A stretch of DNA of 64,000 nucleotides from NCBI GenBank assembly GCA_944380605.1, contig CALWIA010000006.1, positions 106,683 through 170,682 on the forward strand, read 5' to 3'. Position numbers and translations under genes: made by a program. This document shows positions 7,898-18,159 of this stretch, piece by piece; position 1 is the first letter of the stretch, and each line of letters opens with the position of its first letter. The DNA comes from an uncultured Lachnospiraceae bacterium (GTDB lineage: Bacteria; Bacillota; Clostridia; Lachnospirales; Lachnospiraceae). The notes under the pieces are model-generated. The model was given only the letters and a program-made list of their open reading frames with translations. It did not search any database and was not told the DNA's origin.

Positions 7898-9202
7898 CTA
7901 ATAGCCTCGGGCGGTTCGGGCCGCCTCGGCTAACTCCGTATTCGGATAGTTTAAAATCACCTGGCCAAACAGCTTGTCCGCCTGTTCTTCCTCTCCCCGG
8001 GCCTGGCGCAGCAGCGCCATGTCGTAGAGCACCTGAGGATTGTCTCCGTTGATCCGCAGGCTTCTCTCATAGTAATCCAGCGCCTGATCCGCATTTCCCG
8101 CGTCCCTGGCCGCATCTCCCATCTGCTGGAGCGCCGGTCCGCCGGCCGCGTTCAGTTCCTCCTGTATCTGCGCGATGGTTCCCTGCATATTCTCCGCGGT
8201 AATCTGCGACGGATCCCAGTCGGTATACAGCACCGCCGCGGTTCCCACATCCTGGCCGCGCAGGGCGCTTAAGATCTGTACCAGGATCTGGTACTGTCCC
8301 AGTTCCCCGGCGTGCACGCCGCCGATGTTCTGCAGGTCCTGCTGGGCCTGTCCCAGTTCCTCCTGAGCCGCCGCCAGCTGGTCCTCCAGTTCCGTTATAT
8401 CCAGATCCCGCTGGCTTAACTGGTCCATGACCCGGATCAGCTCCTGGTTGTGCCTGGCGTTCAGTTCCTCTCTGGAAGCAGGCATCACCAGGAAAAAGAT
8501 CACCGCGGCTCCCAGAACCAGGCCTGCCAGAATGTTGAGAATGGTCAGCCACCCGGTGGTCTCCCGGTAGGTCGGCGGCAGGATGATGTCGTCGTCCTGC
8601 ATCTGCCGATGGGAAAAGGCGTTTTTTAGCTTCCGCCGCTCGATCTCCGCCCGCCCCGTATTGGCTTTGACAATGGACATGTACCACAGGGCCTTGGGGT
8701 GGTTCTTGTCGATCTGCAGCACCTTGTACAGAGATTTCCCCGCTTTGGTAAAATCTTCCCGGCTCATGTACAGAAGCGCCAGCACCAGATGCGCCTTAAT
8801 AAAATGGGGGTTGTACTCCACCACCCGGCTCAGCTGCAGAATCGCCAGGTCTTCGCTGCCGTTCTGGGCCTGAAACAGGGCCTGGTTGTATTTGCGGATA
8901 TTGGCGCTTTCCGCCTCCAGCCGCCCCGGCTTTCCCTGGATCTCGTGGAGATAGTGGACCGCCCGGTTTTTCTCCGGCTGCAGGTTGGTGCTGATGACCC
9001 ACTGCACCAGGGCCTGGGCCGTCTCTCCGATTTCATAGTAAATCAGCCCCAGCAGGTTTCTGGCGTCGGTCTGGTATTTATAAAAATGCAGGCTTTTCTT
9101 CAGGCACTCCGCCGCGCCGGTCAGGTCCCGGATTCCTGCCTTTTCCAACCCCTGGTTGTAATAGCTGTTGGCAATCCGTCGGCATTTTTCTATGTAATCC
9201 AT
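7898..9202 (-). CDS. Membrane-anchored TPR / coiled-coil protein
   Basis: N-terminal TPR-like helices, one TM (WLTILNILAGLVLGAAVIFFLVM), heptad region, C-terminal TPR. Confidence 0.8.
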   Translation of the reverse strand: MDYIEKCRRIANSYYNQGLEKAGIRDLTGAAECLKKSLHFYKYQTDARNLLGLIYYEIGETAQALVQWVISTNLQPEKNRAVHYLHEIQGKPGRLEAESANIRKYNQALFQAQNGSEDLAILQLSRVVEYNPHFIKAHLVLALLYMSREDFTKAGKSLYKVLQIDKNHPKALWYMSIVKANTGRAEIERRKLKNAFSHRQMQDDDIILPPTYRETTGWLTILNILAGLVLGAAVIFFLVMPASREELNARHNQELIRVMDQLSQRDLDITELEDQLAAAQEELGQAQQDLQNIGGVHAGELGQYQILVQILSALRGQDVGTAAVLYTDWDPSQITAENMQGTIAQIQEELNAAGGPALQQMGDAARDAGNADQALDYYERSLRINGDNPQVLYDMALLRQARGEEEQADKLFGQVILNYPNTELAEAARTARGY

Positions 9203-9206
9203 ATAA

Positions 9207-9344
9207 CTACTCTTTTCTTTCCTTGATCAGCTCCATCATGATATCCGTCATATCCGTCAGATCGCTGTTTACAATGGCGTCTTCCACCACTTCAATTTCC
9301 AGACTGGGCTTGAAGCGGCTCAGTTCTTCCTCAAAATCAATCAT
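9207..9344 (-). CDS. Small acidic hypothetical protein (45 aa)
   Basis: MIDFEEELSRFKPSLE...; AGGAGG RBS; overlaps the folC stop and ends 4 nt before the TPR start. Confidence 0.7.
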   Translation of the reverse strand: MIDFEEELSRFKPSLEIEVVEDAIVNSDLTDMTDIMMELIKERKE

Positions 9345-10644
9345 GGCGTTCCTCCTTAAGCATTGCCCGGATCTCACCCACCAGGTACAGGGATCCGGCG
9401 CAGACCGCCAGCCCGCTGCCTTTGCGGGCCAGCAGGCGGTTCCATGCCGGCTCCGTGTCGTCAAAAATTTCCGGCTTGACACCGCAGGCTTCCTGCAGTT
9501 CCTCCGCCAGCAGCGCCGGATCCGCGCTCCGCTCACTGCGCAGCCGGACTGCCGCCGCGTACCCCACCGGCAGCTGCCGGCACAGCGCCTGCAGCACCTT
9601 CTTATGTTCCTTATCGGCGGCGGCTCCCACCAGCAGGGAAACCGGCGCCCCCGTCTCTTTCTGCATCCGCCGCAGCGTGCGGTTTAAACTCTCCGCAGCC
9701 CCCGGATTGTGGGCTCCATCCAGAAAAACCCCCGGCAGCACTTCCTCCATGCGGCCCGGCCATGCAAACCGCCGGATCCCCCGCGCCGCGTCCTCCGGCG
9801 AAAACCGGCAGACCCCGGACCTGCGCAGCACGCTCATGGCCCGGATGGCCACCGCCGCGTTCCTCTGCTGGTACTCCGCTTCCGACGGCACCGTCACCGC
9901 CAGCGGTCCGCCGTCCGCCGTCTCTGCGGCAATCCGGACGCCGCCTTCCTCTCTTCCCAGACAGACAACCTCCTGCTCCGTCACCGGAAACTGCGGACAG
10001 CCCAGTTCCACGGCCCGCGCGGAAATCACGGCGGCGGCCTCCGCATCCGACGCGTCAAAAACTGCCGGAACGCCGGGTTTCAAAATTCCAGCTTTCTGCA
10101 CGGCGATCTCCCGGATGCTGTTTCCCAGCTGGCTCCGGTGATCCATACTGATGGACGTCAGCACCGTCAGCACCGGCCGGCGGATGACGTTGGTGGCGTC
10201 CAGCCGCCCGCCCAGTCCCGTTTCCAGAATGACAAAATCCGGCCGGCACGTCTCGTACACCGCCATGGCCATATAGAACAGAAACTCAAAATAGGTAGGG
10301 GGCGCAGACCCCTCGGCCGTCTTCTCATCCGACAGCTTCTTCACCCGCAGGAAAGCCTGCCGGAACCATGCTTCCTCTATCATTTCCCCGTTCAGCAGAA
10401 ACCGCTCCCGCAGGGAAACCAGATGGGGCGAGACAAAGGTGCCCACCGTATATCCGGCTTCCAGAAGCATGGACGTCAGGAACATGCAGACCGAGCCTTT
10501 TCCATTGGTGCCCGCCACATGAATGATCTTCATGCGCTGGTCCGGATCGCCCATCCGGCACAGATATCTGCGGATGTCTTCCAGACTGTTCTTTTTTGAC
10601 GCCCACATGGGAATCCGTTCAATATAGGCTTCGATCTCCGACAT
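9337..10644 (-). CDS. folC: Folylpolyglutamate synthase / dihydrofolate synthase
   Basis: HVAGTNGKGS, SPHL, ETGLGGRLDATN and LDGAHN motifs. Confidence 0.93.
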   Translation of the reverse strand: MSEIEAYIERIPMWASKKNSLEDIRRYLCRMGDPDQRMKIIHVAGTNGKGSVCMFLTSMLLEAGYTVGTFVSPHLVSLRERFLLNGEMIEEAWFRQAFLRVKKLSDEKTAEGSAPPTYFEFLFYMAMAVYETCRPDFVILETGLGGRLDATNVIRRPVLTVLTSISMDHRSQLGNSIREIAVQKAGILKPGVPAVFDASDAEAAAVISARAVELGCPQFPVTEQEVVCLGREEGGVRIAAETADGGPLAVTVPSEAEYQQRNAAVAIRAMSVLRRSGVCRFSPEDAARGIRRFAWPGRMEEVLPGVFLDGAHNPGAAESLNRTLRRMQKETGAPVSLLVGAAADKEHKKVLQALCRQLPVGYAAAVRLRSERSADPALLAEELQEACGVKPEIFDDTEPAWNRLLARKGSGLAVCAGSLYLVGEIRAMLKEERHD

Positions 10645-10787
10645 GCTCCCAACCTTCCTGTTTTTTCGTTCCGCCCGGTTCTCCTGGCTATGACGATACC
10701 ACGGACTGCCTGATTATGCAACCGGTTTTTTTCGCAGGAAATGACAAAAACGGGGAGCGTGTGTTTCTCTCCCCGCCTGTCTTTTTC

Positions 10788-13433
10788 CTACTGGTTTTGC
10801 AGCTGGGCCAGTCTCTGCCGCACCTGGTCCATCATCTGCTGGTATTTCTTCTGTTTCTCTTTCTCTTCCTCGATCTTGGCCGCCGGAGCCTTGCTCACGA
10901 ACCGTTCGTTGCTCAGCATGCCGTCCACCCGGGCCAGTTCCTTTTTCAGCCGCTCTTCTTCCTTTTTCAGACGTTCCGTCTCTTTGGCAATGTCCACCAG
11001 CTCGGCAAAAGGCATATAGATCACCGCCTGGGGAATCACCGCCGATACGGCGTCGCTGCCGATGCCGGTCTTGTCCTTCTGCAGCACCACCTGGCTGGCA
11101 TAGCCCAGAGAAGCGAAGAACAGCCGGCTGTGCTCGAAGATATCCAGCAGTTCCTGGTTTTCCGATACCACGTACACCCGGGCCTTCTTGCTGGGAGGCA
11201 CGTTCATGGACGTGCGGACGTTGCGGATGGCGCGGACCGCTTCCTTTATGGTCTCCACCGCCGTCTCTTCCTCCCGGAAGTTCCAGTCGTCCCGGTATAC
11301 CGGCCAGGAAGAAATCATAATGGACTCTTCTTCCTCCTGCAGGTTGCAGAAAATTTCTTCCGTAATAAACGGAATGTAGGGATGCAAAAGCTTCAGGAAC
11401 TGGATCAGCACCGTCTTCAGGGTCCAGACCGCCGCCGCCTTTGTGGTGTCGTCGTCTTTCCAGAGTCTGGGCTTGACCATCTCGATGTACCAGTCGCAGA
11501 ATTCCTCCCAGACAAAATCATAGACCTTCTGGAAGGCGATGCCCAGTTCGAACTTGTCCAGGTTTTCCGTCACTTCCTGCGCCAGGCGGTTGGCCCGGGA
11601 CAGAATCCACCGGTCCGCCATGGTCAGGTCCGACAGGCTTACCGGCGTATCCGGCGCCTTTTCCACATTCATCATAATAAACCGGGACGCGTTCCACACC
11701 TTGTTGGCAAAGTTGCGGCTGTTTTCCACCCGTTCCCAGTAGAACCGCATATCGTTGCCCGGCGCGTTGCCGGTAATCAGGGTCATGCGCAGGGCGTCGG
11801 CTCCGTATTTGTCGATCACTTCCAGGGGATCGATGCCGTTGCCCAGGGATTTGCTCATCTTGCGGCCCTGGGAATCCCGCACCAGTCCGTGGAACAGCAC
11901 CGTATGGAACGGCGCCTTTCCGGTCTGCTCATAGCCGGAGAAAATCATCCGGATCACCCAGAAAAAGATGATGTCATAGCCGGTAACCAGCACGTCTGTG
12001 GGATAAAAATACTCCAGGTCTTTGGTCTTTTCCGGCCAGCCAAGGGTAGAGAAAGGCCACAGCGCCGAAGAAAACCAGGTGTCCAGGGTATCCTCGTCCT
12101 GTTTGAAATGGGTGCCGCCGCACCGGGGACATACCTTCGGCATTTCAGCGGCCACCACCGTCTCCTTGCAGTCCTGGCAGTAATAGGCCGGAATCCGGTG
12201 TCCCCACCACAGCTGTCGGGAAATGCACCAGTCCCGGATGTTGTCGGTCCAGTTGAAATAGGTCTTGTCCATGCGGGACGGCAGCAGCCGGATTTCTCCG
12301 TTTTTCACCGCCTCCACCGCCGGCTTGATCATCTCGTCCATTTTCACGAACCACTGGGGCTTGATCATGGGCTCCACCGTCACGCCGCAGCGGTCGTGAA
12401 CGCCCACCGCGTGGGTGTGGGGCACCACCTTTACCAGCAGGCCCTGGGCCTTCAGGTCTTCCACCATGGCCTTTCTGGCTTCGTAGCGGTCCATGCCGTC
12501 GTATTTGCTGCCAGGCAGGCAGATGGTAGCGTCGTCATTTAAGATGTTGATTTCCGGCAGGTGATGGCGCTTGCCCACCTCAAAGTCGTTGGGATCGTGG
12601 GCCGGCGTGATCTTTACGCAGCCGGTTCCGAACTCCCGGTCCACGTAGGAGTCGGCAATCACCGGAATCTCCCGGTCCGTCAGCGGCAGCTTCAGCATCT
12701 TGCCTACCAGGTCCTGATACCGCTCGTCCTCCGGGTTCACCGCCACCGCCGTATCGCCCAGCAGCGTCTCCGGGCGGGTAGTGGCGATTTCCACAAAGCG
12801 GCCTTCTTCCCCTACAATGGGGTAATTGATATGCCAGAAAAAGCCTTCCTGGTCCTCATGCTCCACCTCGGCGTCGGAAATGGACGTGCCGCATACGGGG
12901 CACCAGTTGATAATCCGGGAACCCCGATAGATCCATCCCTTTTCATACAGCTTTAAGAATACGTCCTGCACCGCTTTGGAGCAGCCTTCGTCCATGGTAA
13001 ACCGCTCCCGGTCCCAGTCCGCGGAAGACCCCAGCCGGTGCAGCTGATTGATAATCCGGGAACCGTACTCCCTGCGCCACTCCCAGCACTTCTCCAGAAA
13101 ACCTTCCCGTCCCAGGTCCTCTTTCTCGATGCCCTGCTCCTTCAGGCTCTCGATGACCTTGACTTCCGTGGCGATGGCCGCGTGGTCGGTGCCCGGCTGC
13201 CACAGCGCCTCGTATCCCTGCATCCGCTTATAGCGGGTCAGGATGTCCTGCATGGTATTGTCCAGGGCATGGCCCATATGCAGCTTGCCGGTGATGTTGG
13301 GCGGCGGCATCACAATGGTAAACGGTTTCTTATCCGGGTTGGGCTCGGCATGGAAATACTTCTTGTCCAGCCACTTCTGGTACAGCTTGTCCTCAATCTC
13401 CGAAGGGTTGTAATTTTTTTCCAGCTCCTTCAT
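10788..13433 (-). CDS. valS: Valyl-tRNA synthetase
   Basis: PPPNITGKLHMGH (HIGH), KMSKS, WCISRQLWWGH, C-terminal coiled coil. Confidence 0.98.
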   Translation of the reverse strand: MKELEKNYNPSEIEDKLYQKWLDKKYFHAEPNPDKKPFTIVMPPPNITGKLHMGHALDNTMQDILTRYKRMQGYEALWQPGTDHAAIATEVKVIESLKEQGIEKEDLGREGFLEKCWEWRREYGSRIINQLHRLGSSADWDRERFTMDEGCSKAVQDVFLKLYEKGWIYRGSRIINWCPVCGTSISDAEVEHEDQEGFFWHINYPIVGEEGRFVEIATTRPETLLGDTAVAVNPEDERYQDLVGKMLKLPLTDREIPVIADSYVDREFGTGCVKITPAHDPNDFEVGKRHHLPEINILNDDATICLPGSKYDGMDRYEARKAMVEDLKAQGLLVKVVPHTHAVGVHDRCGVTVEPMIKPQWFVKMDEMIKPAVEAVKNGEIRLLPSRMDKTYFNWTDNIRDWCISRQLWWGHRIPAYYCQDCKETVVAAEMPKVCPRCGGTHFKQDEDTLDTWFSSALWPFSTLGWPEKTKDLEYFYPTDVLVTGYDIIFFWVIRMIFSGYEQTGKAPFHTVLFHGLVRDSQGRKMSKSLGNGIDPLEVIDKYGADALRMTLITGNAPGNDMRFYWERVENSRNFANKVWNASRFIMMNVEKAPDTPVSLSDLTMADRWILSRANRLAQEVTENLDKFELGIAFQKVYDFVWEEFCDWYIEMVKPRLWKDDDTTKAAAVWTLKTVLIQFLKLLHPYIPFITEEIFCNLQEEEESIMISSWPVYRDDWNFREEETAVETIKEAVRAIRNVRTSMNVPPSKKARVYVVSENQELLDIFEHSRLFFASLGYASQVVLQKDKTGIGSDAVSAVIPQAVIYMPFAELVDIAKETERLKKEEERLKKELARVDGMLSNERFVSKAPAAKIEEEKEKQKKYQQMMDQVRQRLAQLQNQ

Positions 13434-13480
13434 CTTCTTCTCCTTTCCTGCGGACGAAAACGCCCCGGTTTACGGGAAAT

Positions 13481-13740
13481 AAAAACGCCCTCTGCCAAAC
13501 GGCAAAGGGCGAAATCCATCCGCGGTACCACCTTTGTTACGCGGCATTCTGACGCCGCGCGTCTCTTCTGTCCGGTAACGGGGACAAATCGGAAGCGGCT
13601 ACTGTCCGCGCCTGCCGGCGCCCGGGGTTTGCCGCTCCGGCTCCGAAGCTACCTTCTGTCCACACCTTCTGAAACCGTCTTGCAGCCGGCGAACGGTTCT
13701 CTCTGTCAGGGCCGTGAACCTACTCCTCTTCTTCTCAGCC
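13481..13740 (-). promoter_or_regulatory. T-box riboswitch leader of valS with a Val (GTA) specifier
   Basis: Minus strand: AAGGTGGTACCGCG T-box (plus 13521-13534); terminator CGCCCTTTGCC-gttt-GGCAGAGGGCG-TTTTT; GAAG-GTA-GC specifier at 13650-13652. Confidence 0.93.
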
Positions 13741-13756
13741 TGTCGCTATGTATGCT

Positions 13757-13785
13757 ATCATACCCAATTCCCTGGGGTTTGTCAA
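13757..13785 (-). promoter_or_regulatory. Sigma-A promoter of the valS leader
   Basis: TTGACA-17 nt-TATGAT. Confidence 0.8.
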
Positions 13786-15176
13786 TGGATTTTTATCCGA
13801 TGGGCCTTGCCCTGGGCCTCCATATGCCGGATGAACAGGTAGGTGGCCAGATGCACCAGAAACGTCAGCAGCCAGGACGCCGGGTAAGACCAGTACAGGG
13901 TAACCAGCTGCCGGTCCATGGCAAACACCGTGTAAATCCACACAATCCGGAAGGCGCAGGCGCCGGTGAGGGACACCACCATGGGAATCACCGAATATCC
14001 CATGCCCCGCAGGCCGCCGACCATCACGTCCATAAGACCGCAAAAGAAATACAGGCCGCTGCAGATCCGCAGCCGGTTCATGCCGTACTGGATCACTTCC
14101 GCCTCGGAAGAGTAAATGGAAAGCAGCTGGGGCCCGATCAGCACCGCGCCTTCTCCCAGAATCACGCCTACCGCCGTCACCAGTCCCAGGCAGTACAGCA
14201 GCACCCGGGTCATGCGCTTGTAATTTTTCGCTCCGTAGTTCTGGCTGGTAAAACTCAGCGCCGTCTGGTACACCGCGTTCATGCAGGTGTATACAAACCC
14301 TTCAATGTTGGAGGACGCCGTATTGCCGGCCATGGCCACGGAACCGAAGGAGTTGACCGACGACTGGATCAGCACGTTGGAAATGGAAAAAATCGCTCCC
14401 TGAAAACCGGCGGGCAGACCGATTTTGGCAATGGAAATCAGCTTGTCCTTTACGATGCGCACCCGCTTCAGATTCAGCCGGTAAGCCGCGTCGGACTGCA
14501 CCAGGCAGCGGATGATCAGCATAGCGGAAATGCACTGGGAAATCACCGTGGCCAGAGCCACGCCCGCCACGTCCATGTGGAATACAATGACGAAAAACAG
14601 GTTCAGAAATACGTTGACAATACCGGCGGTCAGCAGATAGTACAGAGGCCGGCGGGTATCTCCCACCGCCCGCAGAATGGCGCTGCCGAAGTTGTACAGA
14701 AGCGTCGCCGGCATGCCGGCGAAATAGATCCGCATGTACAGAACCGCAAGCGGCAGCACGTCGTCCGGCGTTCCCATAAGTTCCAGCATCGGCGCCGCCA
14801 GCAGCACGCCGACAAAAATCAGAATCACGCCGCCCACCGCCGCGATAAGAATGGAGGTGTGCACCGTTTCTTCCAGATCCCTCTCATTGCGGGAGCCGTA
14901 AAACCGGGCCACCAGCACGTTGGCGCCGATGGACAGGCCGATAAACACGTTGACGATCAGGTTGATCAGCGACGACGTAGATCCTACCGCCGCCATGGAT
15001 TCGCTGCCGGCAAACCGCCCCACCACGATAATATCCGCCGCGTTGAACAAAAGCTGCAGAACTCCCGAGGCCATAAGCGGCACTGCAAATAAAATAATCT
15101 TGGACATCAGCGGTCCGCTGCACATGTCGATCTCATAGTTTCTGGACGCCGTTTTCCTCCGTTTTGGTTCTCCCAT
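13782..15176 (-). CDS. MATE family efflux transporter
   Basis: LQLLFNAADIIVVGRF, LRAVGDTRRPL and NVFLNLFFV; 12-TM MATE pattern. Confidence 0.9.
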   Translation of the reverse strand: MGEPKRRKTASRNYEIDMCSGPLMSKIILFAVPLMASGVLQLLFNAADIIVVGRFAGSESMAAVGSTSSLINLIVNVFIGLSIGANVLVARFYGSRNERDLEETVHTSILIAAVGGVILIFVGVLLAAPMLELMGTPDDVLPLAVLYMRIYFAGMPATLLYNFGSAILRAVGDTRRPLYYLLTAGIVNVFLNLFFVIVFHMDVAGVALATVISQCISAMLIIRCLVQSDAAYRLNLKRVRIVKDKLISIAKIGLPAGFQGAIFSISNVLIQSSVNSFGSVAMAGNTASSNIEGFVYTCMNAVYQTALSFTSQNYGAKNYKRMTRVLLYCLGLVTAVGVILGEGAVLIGPQLLSIYSSEAEVIQYGMNRLRICSGLYFFCGLMDVMVGGLRGMGYSVIPMVVSLTGACAFRIVWIYTVFAMDRQLVTLYWSYPASWLLTFLVHLATYLFIRHMEAQGKAHRIKIH

Positions 15177-15257
15177 GATGTTCCTTCCCGCTCCTGTCTG
15201 TTCAGATTTGCATCAGCTGCTCAGCCCATTATAGCACCAGTTTCCCGGTATGTAAAC

Positions 15258-15300
15258 AGCCGCGGAAAACCCTGTTTTCACAGGTGTTTCCCGCGGCTGC
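15258..15300 (-). terminator. Hairpin/terminator downstream of oppA
   Basis: AGCCGCGGAAAACCCTG...CAGGTGTTTCCCGCGGCT inverted repeat. Confidence 0.6.
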
Positions 15301-15330
15301 CATCCGGCCTGTCCGCCGGTTTTTCACAGC

Positions 15331-17073
15331 TTACTGCTGAGAGGTATAGCCGAAGAAGAAGTATCCCAGAGGCGTGTAGTACATGCCGCTTACGCTGTCA
15401 TCCAGCATATACTTCTGAGTGTAGAAGTAGATGGGAGCATGTACGCTGTCCTGGCCCATCAGGATATCTTCCGCCTGATGGAACGCTTCCATACGCTCGC
15501 TCTGTACGGAGGTCGCCTTGGCGGCGTCGATCAGAGCGTCGTATTCCGGATTGGAGTACTGGGCATCGTTGTTGCCGCCGTCGGTGTACCACATATCCAG
15601 GAAGGAGCAGGGATCGTTGTAGTCGGCGATCCAGCCGTTTCTGGCGATCTGGTAGTCGCCATCCTTACGGGTCTGCAGGAATACGTTCCAGTCCTGGTTG
15701 TTCAGGTTTACGGTTACGCCCAGCTCCGTCTGCCACATGTTCTGCAGCGCTTCGGCGATGGACTTGTGCTCGTCGCCGGTGTTGTACAGATAATCCACCG
15801 CCGGGAAGCCTTCGCCGTCCGGATAGCCGGCCTCTGCCAGCAGCTGGCGGGCCTCCTCGCAGTTGGCCTCATAGTCCTCGGCCGCTACGCTGTAGTAGTC
15901 GCCGCCGACGGTACGGAAGTCGTCGCCGGAGGAACCTTCCGCGTCATACACGCCGTAGGGCACAAAGCCGCTGGCGGGCACCTGACCGGTCTGGGTTACC
16001 TGCTCCACAATGTAGTTGCGGTCGATCACCAGAGAAAAGGCCTTGCGGATTCTGGGATCGGAGAAAATCTCGTCCTCGGTGTTGAAGCATACATAATAGG
16101 TTCCGATGTAGTCCACGATCTGCAGTTCGCCGGAAGCCAGGTAGTTGGCAACCTCGTCGGTGGGCAGAGATTCAATGAACTGCAGCTCGCCGCTGTTGTA
16201 GGCAGCCAGAATGGCGTTGTCGTCGTCCAGCAGGGTGTAGCGGATGGTATCCGGTCCCAGATTCTCGTAATCATAGTACTCCGGATTCTTTTCCGTCAGA
16301 ATGTACGCGTTGTGGGACCACTCGGTCATGCGATACTGGCCGTTGCCGATATAGGTAGCGGGGTCATAGGTCCACTCCTCGTTGCCTTCCACGATGTCCT
16401 GACGAACCGGGAACGTAGCCGGGAATGCCATGATCTCCTCGAAGTACGGGCAGTCGTAGGTCAGCACGATCTCCAGGGTCTTGTCGTCCACCGCGGTAAT
16501 GGCCAGGGTGTCGGGGTCCGCCTCACCGGTGGATACTTCCGCGTAGCCCTTTACCATATCGATCATATAGCAGTAGTCGGCAGCCGTCTCCGGGCTGGCC
16601 AGACGCTTCCAGCTGTACTCAAAGTCTCCGGCAGTTACCGGCTGGCCGTCAGACCATTTGATGCCGTCCCGCAGGGTCACGGTATAGGTAACGGTGCCGT
16701 CGTCGTTGACAGTCTTTTCCCAGCTCTCCGCCTGTCCGGGAGCCAGCTCGGCAGCGCCTTCGCCGTTGTCCACCCATTTTACCAGGCCTTCAAACATGTG
16801 GTTGATCATGATGGCGCCGTCCACCGCGCTGTTTAACGCGGGATCGATGGTCTGGGGCTCGGAAGCCAGGCATACCGCCAGGTTGAAGCCCTCGCCTTCC
16901 GCGGCTGCCGCCGTGGTCTCTTCCTCAGAAGCCGCCGTGGTTTCCTCCGCGGCTGCCGTGGTTTCCGCTGCCGCCGTGGTGGTTTCCTCCGCCGTACCGC
17001 TGCTGCAGGCTGCCAAAGACAGCGCCATGGCAGAAGCAAGTGCCGCGGACAGAATCTTCTTTCCTTTTCTCAT
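15331..17073 (-). CDS. oppA: Oligopeptide ABC transporter substrate-binding lipoprotein
   Basis: Lipobox LAAC, EPQTIDP, RxGIKWSDG and ARNGWIADYNDP; SBP family 5. Confidence 0.92.
   Translation of the reverse strand: MRKGKKILSAALASAMALSLAACSSGTAEETTTAAAETTAAAEETTAASEEETTAAAAEGEGFNLAVCLASEPQTIDPALNSAVDGAIMINHMFEGLVKWVDNGEGAAELAPGQAESWEKTVNDDGTVTYTVTLRDGIKWSDGQPVTAGDFEYSWKRLASPETAADYCYMIDMVKGYAEVSTGEADPDTLAITAVDDKTLEIVLTYDCPYFEEIMAFPATFPVRQDIVEGNEEWTYDPATYIGNGQYRMTEWSHNAYILTEKNPEYYDYENLGPDTIRYTLLDDDNAILAAYNSGELQFIESLPTDEVANYLASGELQIVDYIGTYYVCFNTEDEIFSDPRIRKAFSLVIDRNYIVEQVTQTGQVPASGFVPYGVYDAEGSSGDDFRTVGGDYYSVAAEDYEANCEEARQLLAEAGYPDGEGFPAVDYLYNTGDEHKSIAEALQNMWQTELGVTVNLNNQDWNVFLQTRKDGDYQIARNGWIADYNDPCSFLDMWYTDGGNNDAQYSNPEYDALIDAAKATSVQSERMEAFHQAEDILMGQDSVHAPIYFYTQKYMLDDSVSGMYYTPLGYFFFGYTSQQ
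16901..16993 (-). repeat. Low-complexity E-T-T-A-A-A linker repeats in the oppA N-terminus
   Basis: Repeated GCCG(CCG)TGGTTTCC units encoding AEETTTAAAETTAAAEETTAASEEETTAAAA. Confidence 0.7.
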
Positions 17074-17145
17074 AATTATCCTCCTATCTGTATCAGAACG
17101 CCTGTTTCACAGGCGAAGATACCTGTGCTTCCGGCCTGTGCCGGC

Positions 17146-18159
17146 TTACGAATCCAGCAGGTGGCACGCCGCCCAGTGTCCCGGCTCGTGCTCCTTAAAC
17201 CGGGGCGCCTCCTGGCTGCACCGCTCCGTCGCGTAGGGACAGCGGGTGTGGAACCGGCATCCCGACGGCGGGTTCATGGGGCTGGGAATATCGCCCTGCA
17301 GCACAATCCGGTGACGGCTGCGGCTCAGCTGCGGATCCGGCACCGGAACCGCCGACAAAAGCGTCTGGGTATAGGGATGCAGCGGATGGCGGTTCAGCTC
17401 ATAGCTCTCTCCCAGCTCCACCATAGTTCCCAGATACATGACACCGATGCGGCTGGAAATGTGCCGCACCACCGACAGGTCGTGGGCGATAAACAGATAC
17501 GTCAGCCCCAGATCCTGCTGCATGTCTTCCAGCATGTTGACCACCTGCGACTGAATGGACACGTCCAGCGCCGAAATCGGCTCGTCGCAGACAATGAATT
17601 CCGGTTTGACCGCCAGCGCCCGGGCGATGCCCACCCGCTGCTGCTGACCGCCGGAAAACTCGTGGGGATAGCGGTTGGTGTGCTCCGTATTCAGCCCCAC
17701 TCTGGCCAGCAGCTCCTTGATCATATCGGAGCGGTCTTTCTTGCTGGCCGCCAGTTTATGGATATCAATGGCCTCTCCGATAATCTCTCCCACCGTCATG
17801 CGGGGGTCCAGAGACGCGGAAGGGTCCTGAAAAATAATCTGCATCTTTCTGCGGTACGGCAGCATGTTCACCGCCTTGGCTTTTCCCTCCGGCTTTCCGT
17901 CGGGTCCCAGCGGGTTGTCGTACAGCACCTCGCCGTCGTAGACGATCCGGCCTCCGGTGGGCTCATGCAGGCGCAGCACCGTTCTGCCCAGCGTCGTCTT
18001 GCCGCAGCCGGACTCTCCTACCAGTCCCAGGGTCTCCCCCTTCCGGATGAAAAAGGACACGTCCTGCACCGCCTGTACGCCTGGTCCTTTGACTCCCTTG
18101 ACAGGAAAATATTTCCGCAGGCTGGTGACTTCCAGGAGGTGTTTTTCATTCTTATTCAT
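17146..18159 (-). CDS. oppF: Oligopeptide ABC ATP-binding protein
   Basis: [16 protein letters not shown] and CRFHTRC oligopeptide C-terminal domain. Confidence 0.92.
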   Translation of the reverse strand: MNKNEKHLLEVTSLRKYFPVKGVKGPGVQAVQDVSFFIRKGETLGLVGESGCGKTTLGRTVLRLHEPTGGRIVYDGEVLYDNPLGPDGKPEGKAKAVNMLPYRRKMQIIFQDPSASLDPRMTVGEIIGEAIDIHKLAASKKDRSDMIKELLARVGLNTEHTNRYPHEFSGGQQQRVGIARALAVKPEFIVCDEPISALDVSIQSQVVNMLEDMQQDLGLTYLFIAHDLSVVRHISSRIGVMYLGTMVELGESYELNRHPLHPYTQTLLSAVPVPDPQLSRSRHRIVLQGDIPSPMNPPSGCRFHTRCPYATERCSQEAPRFKEHEPGHWAACHLLDS

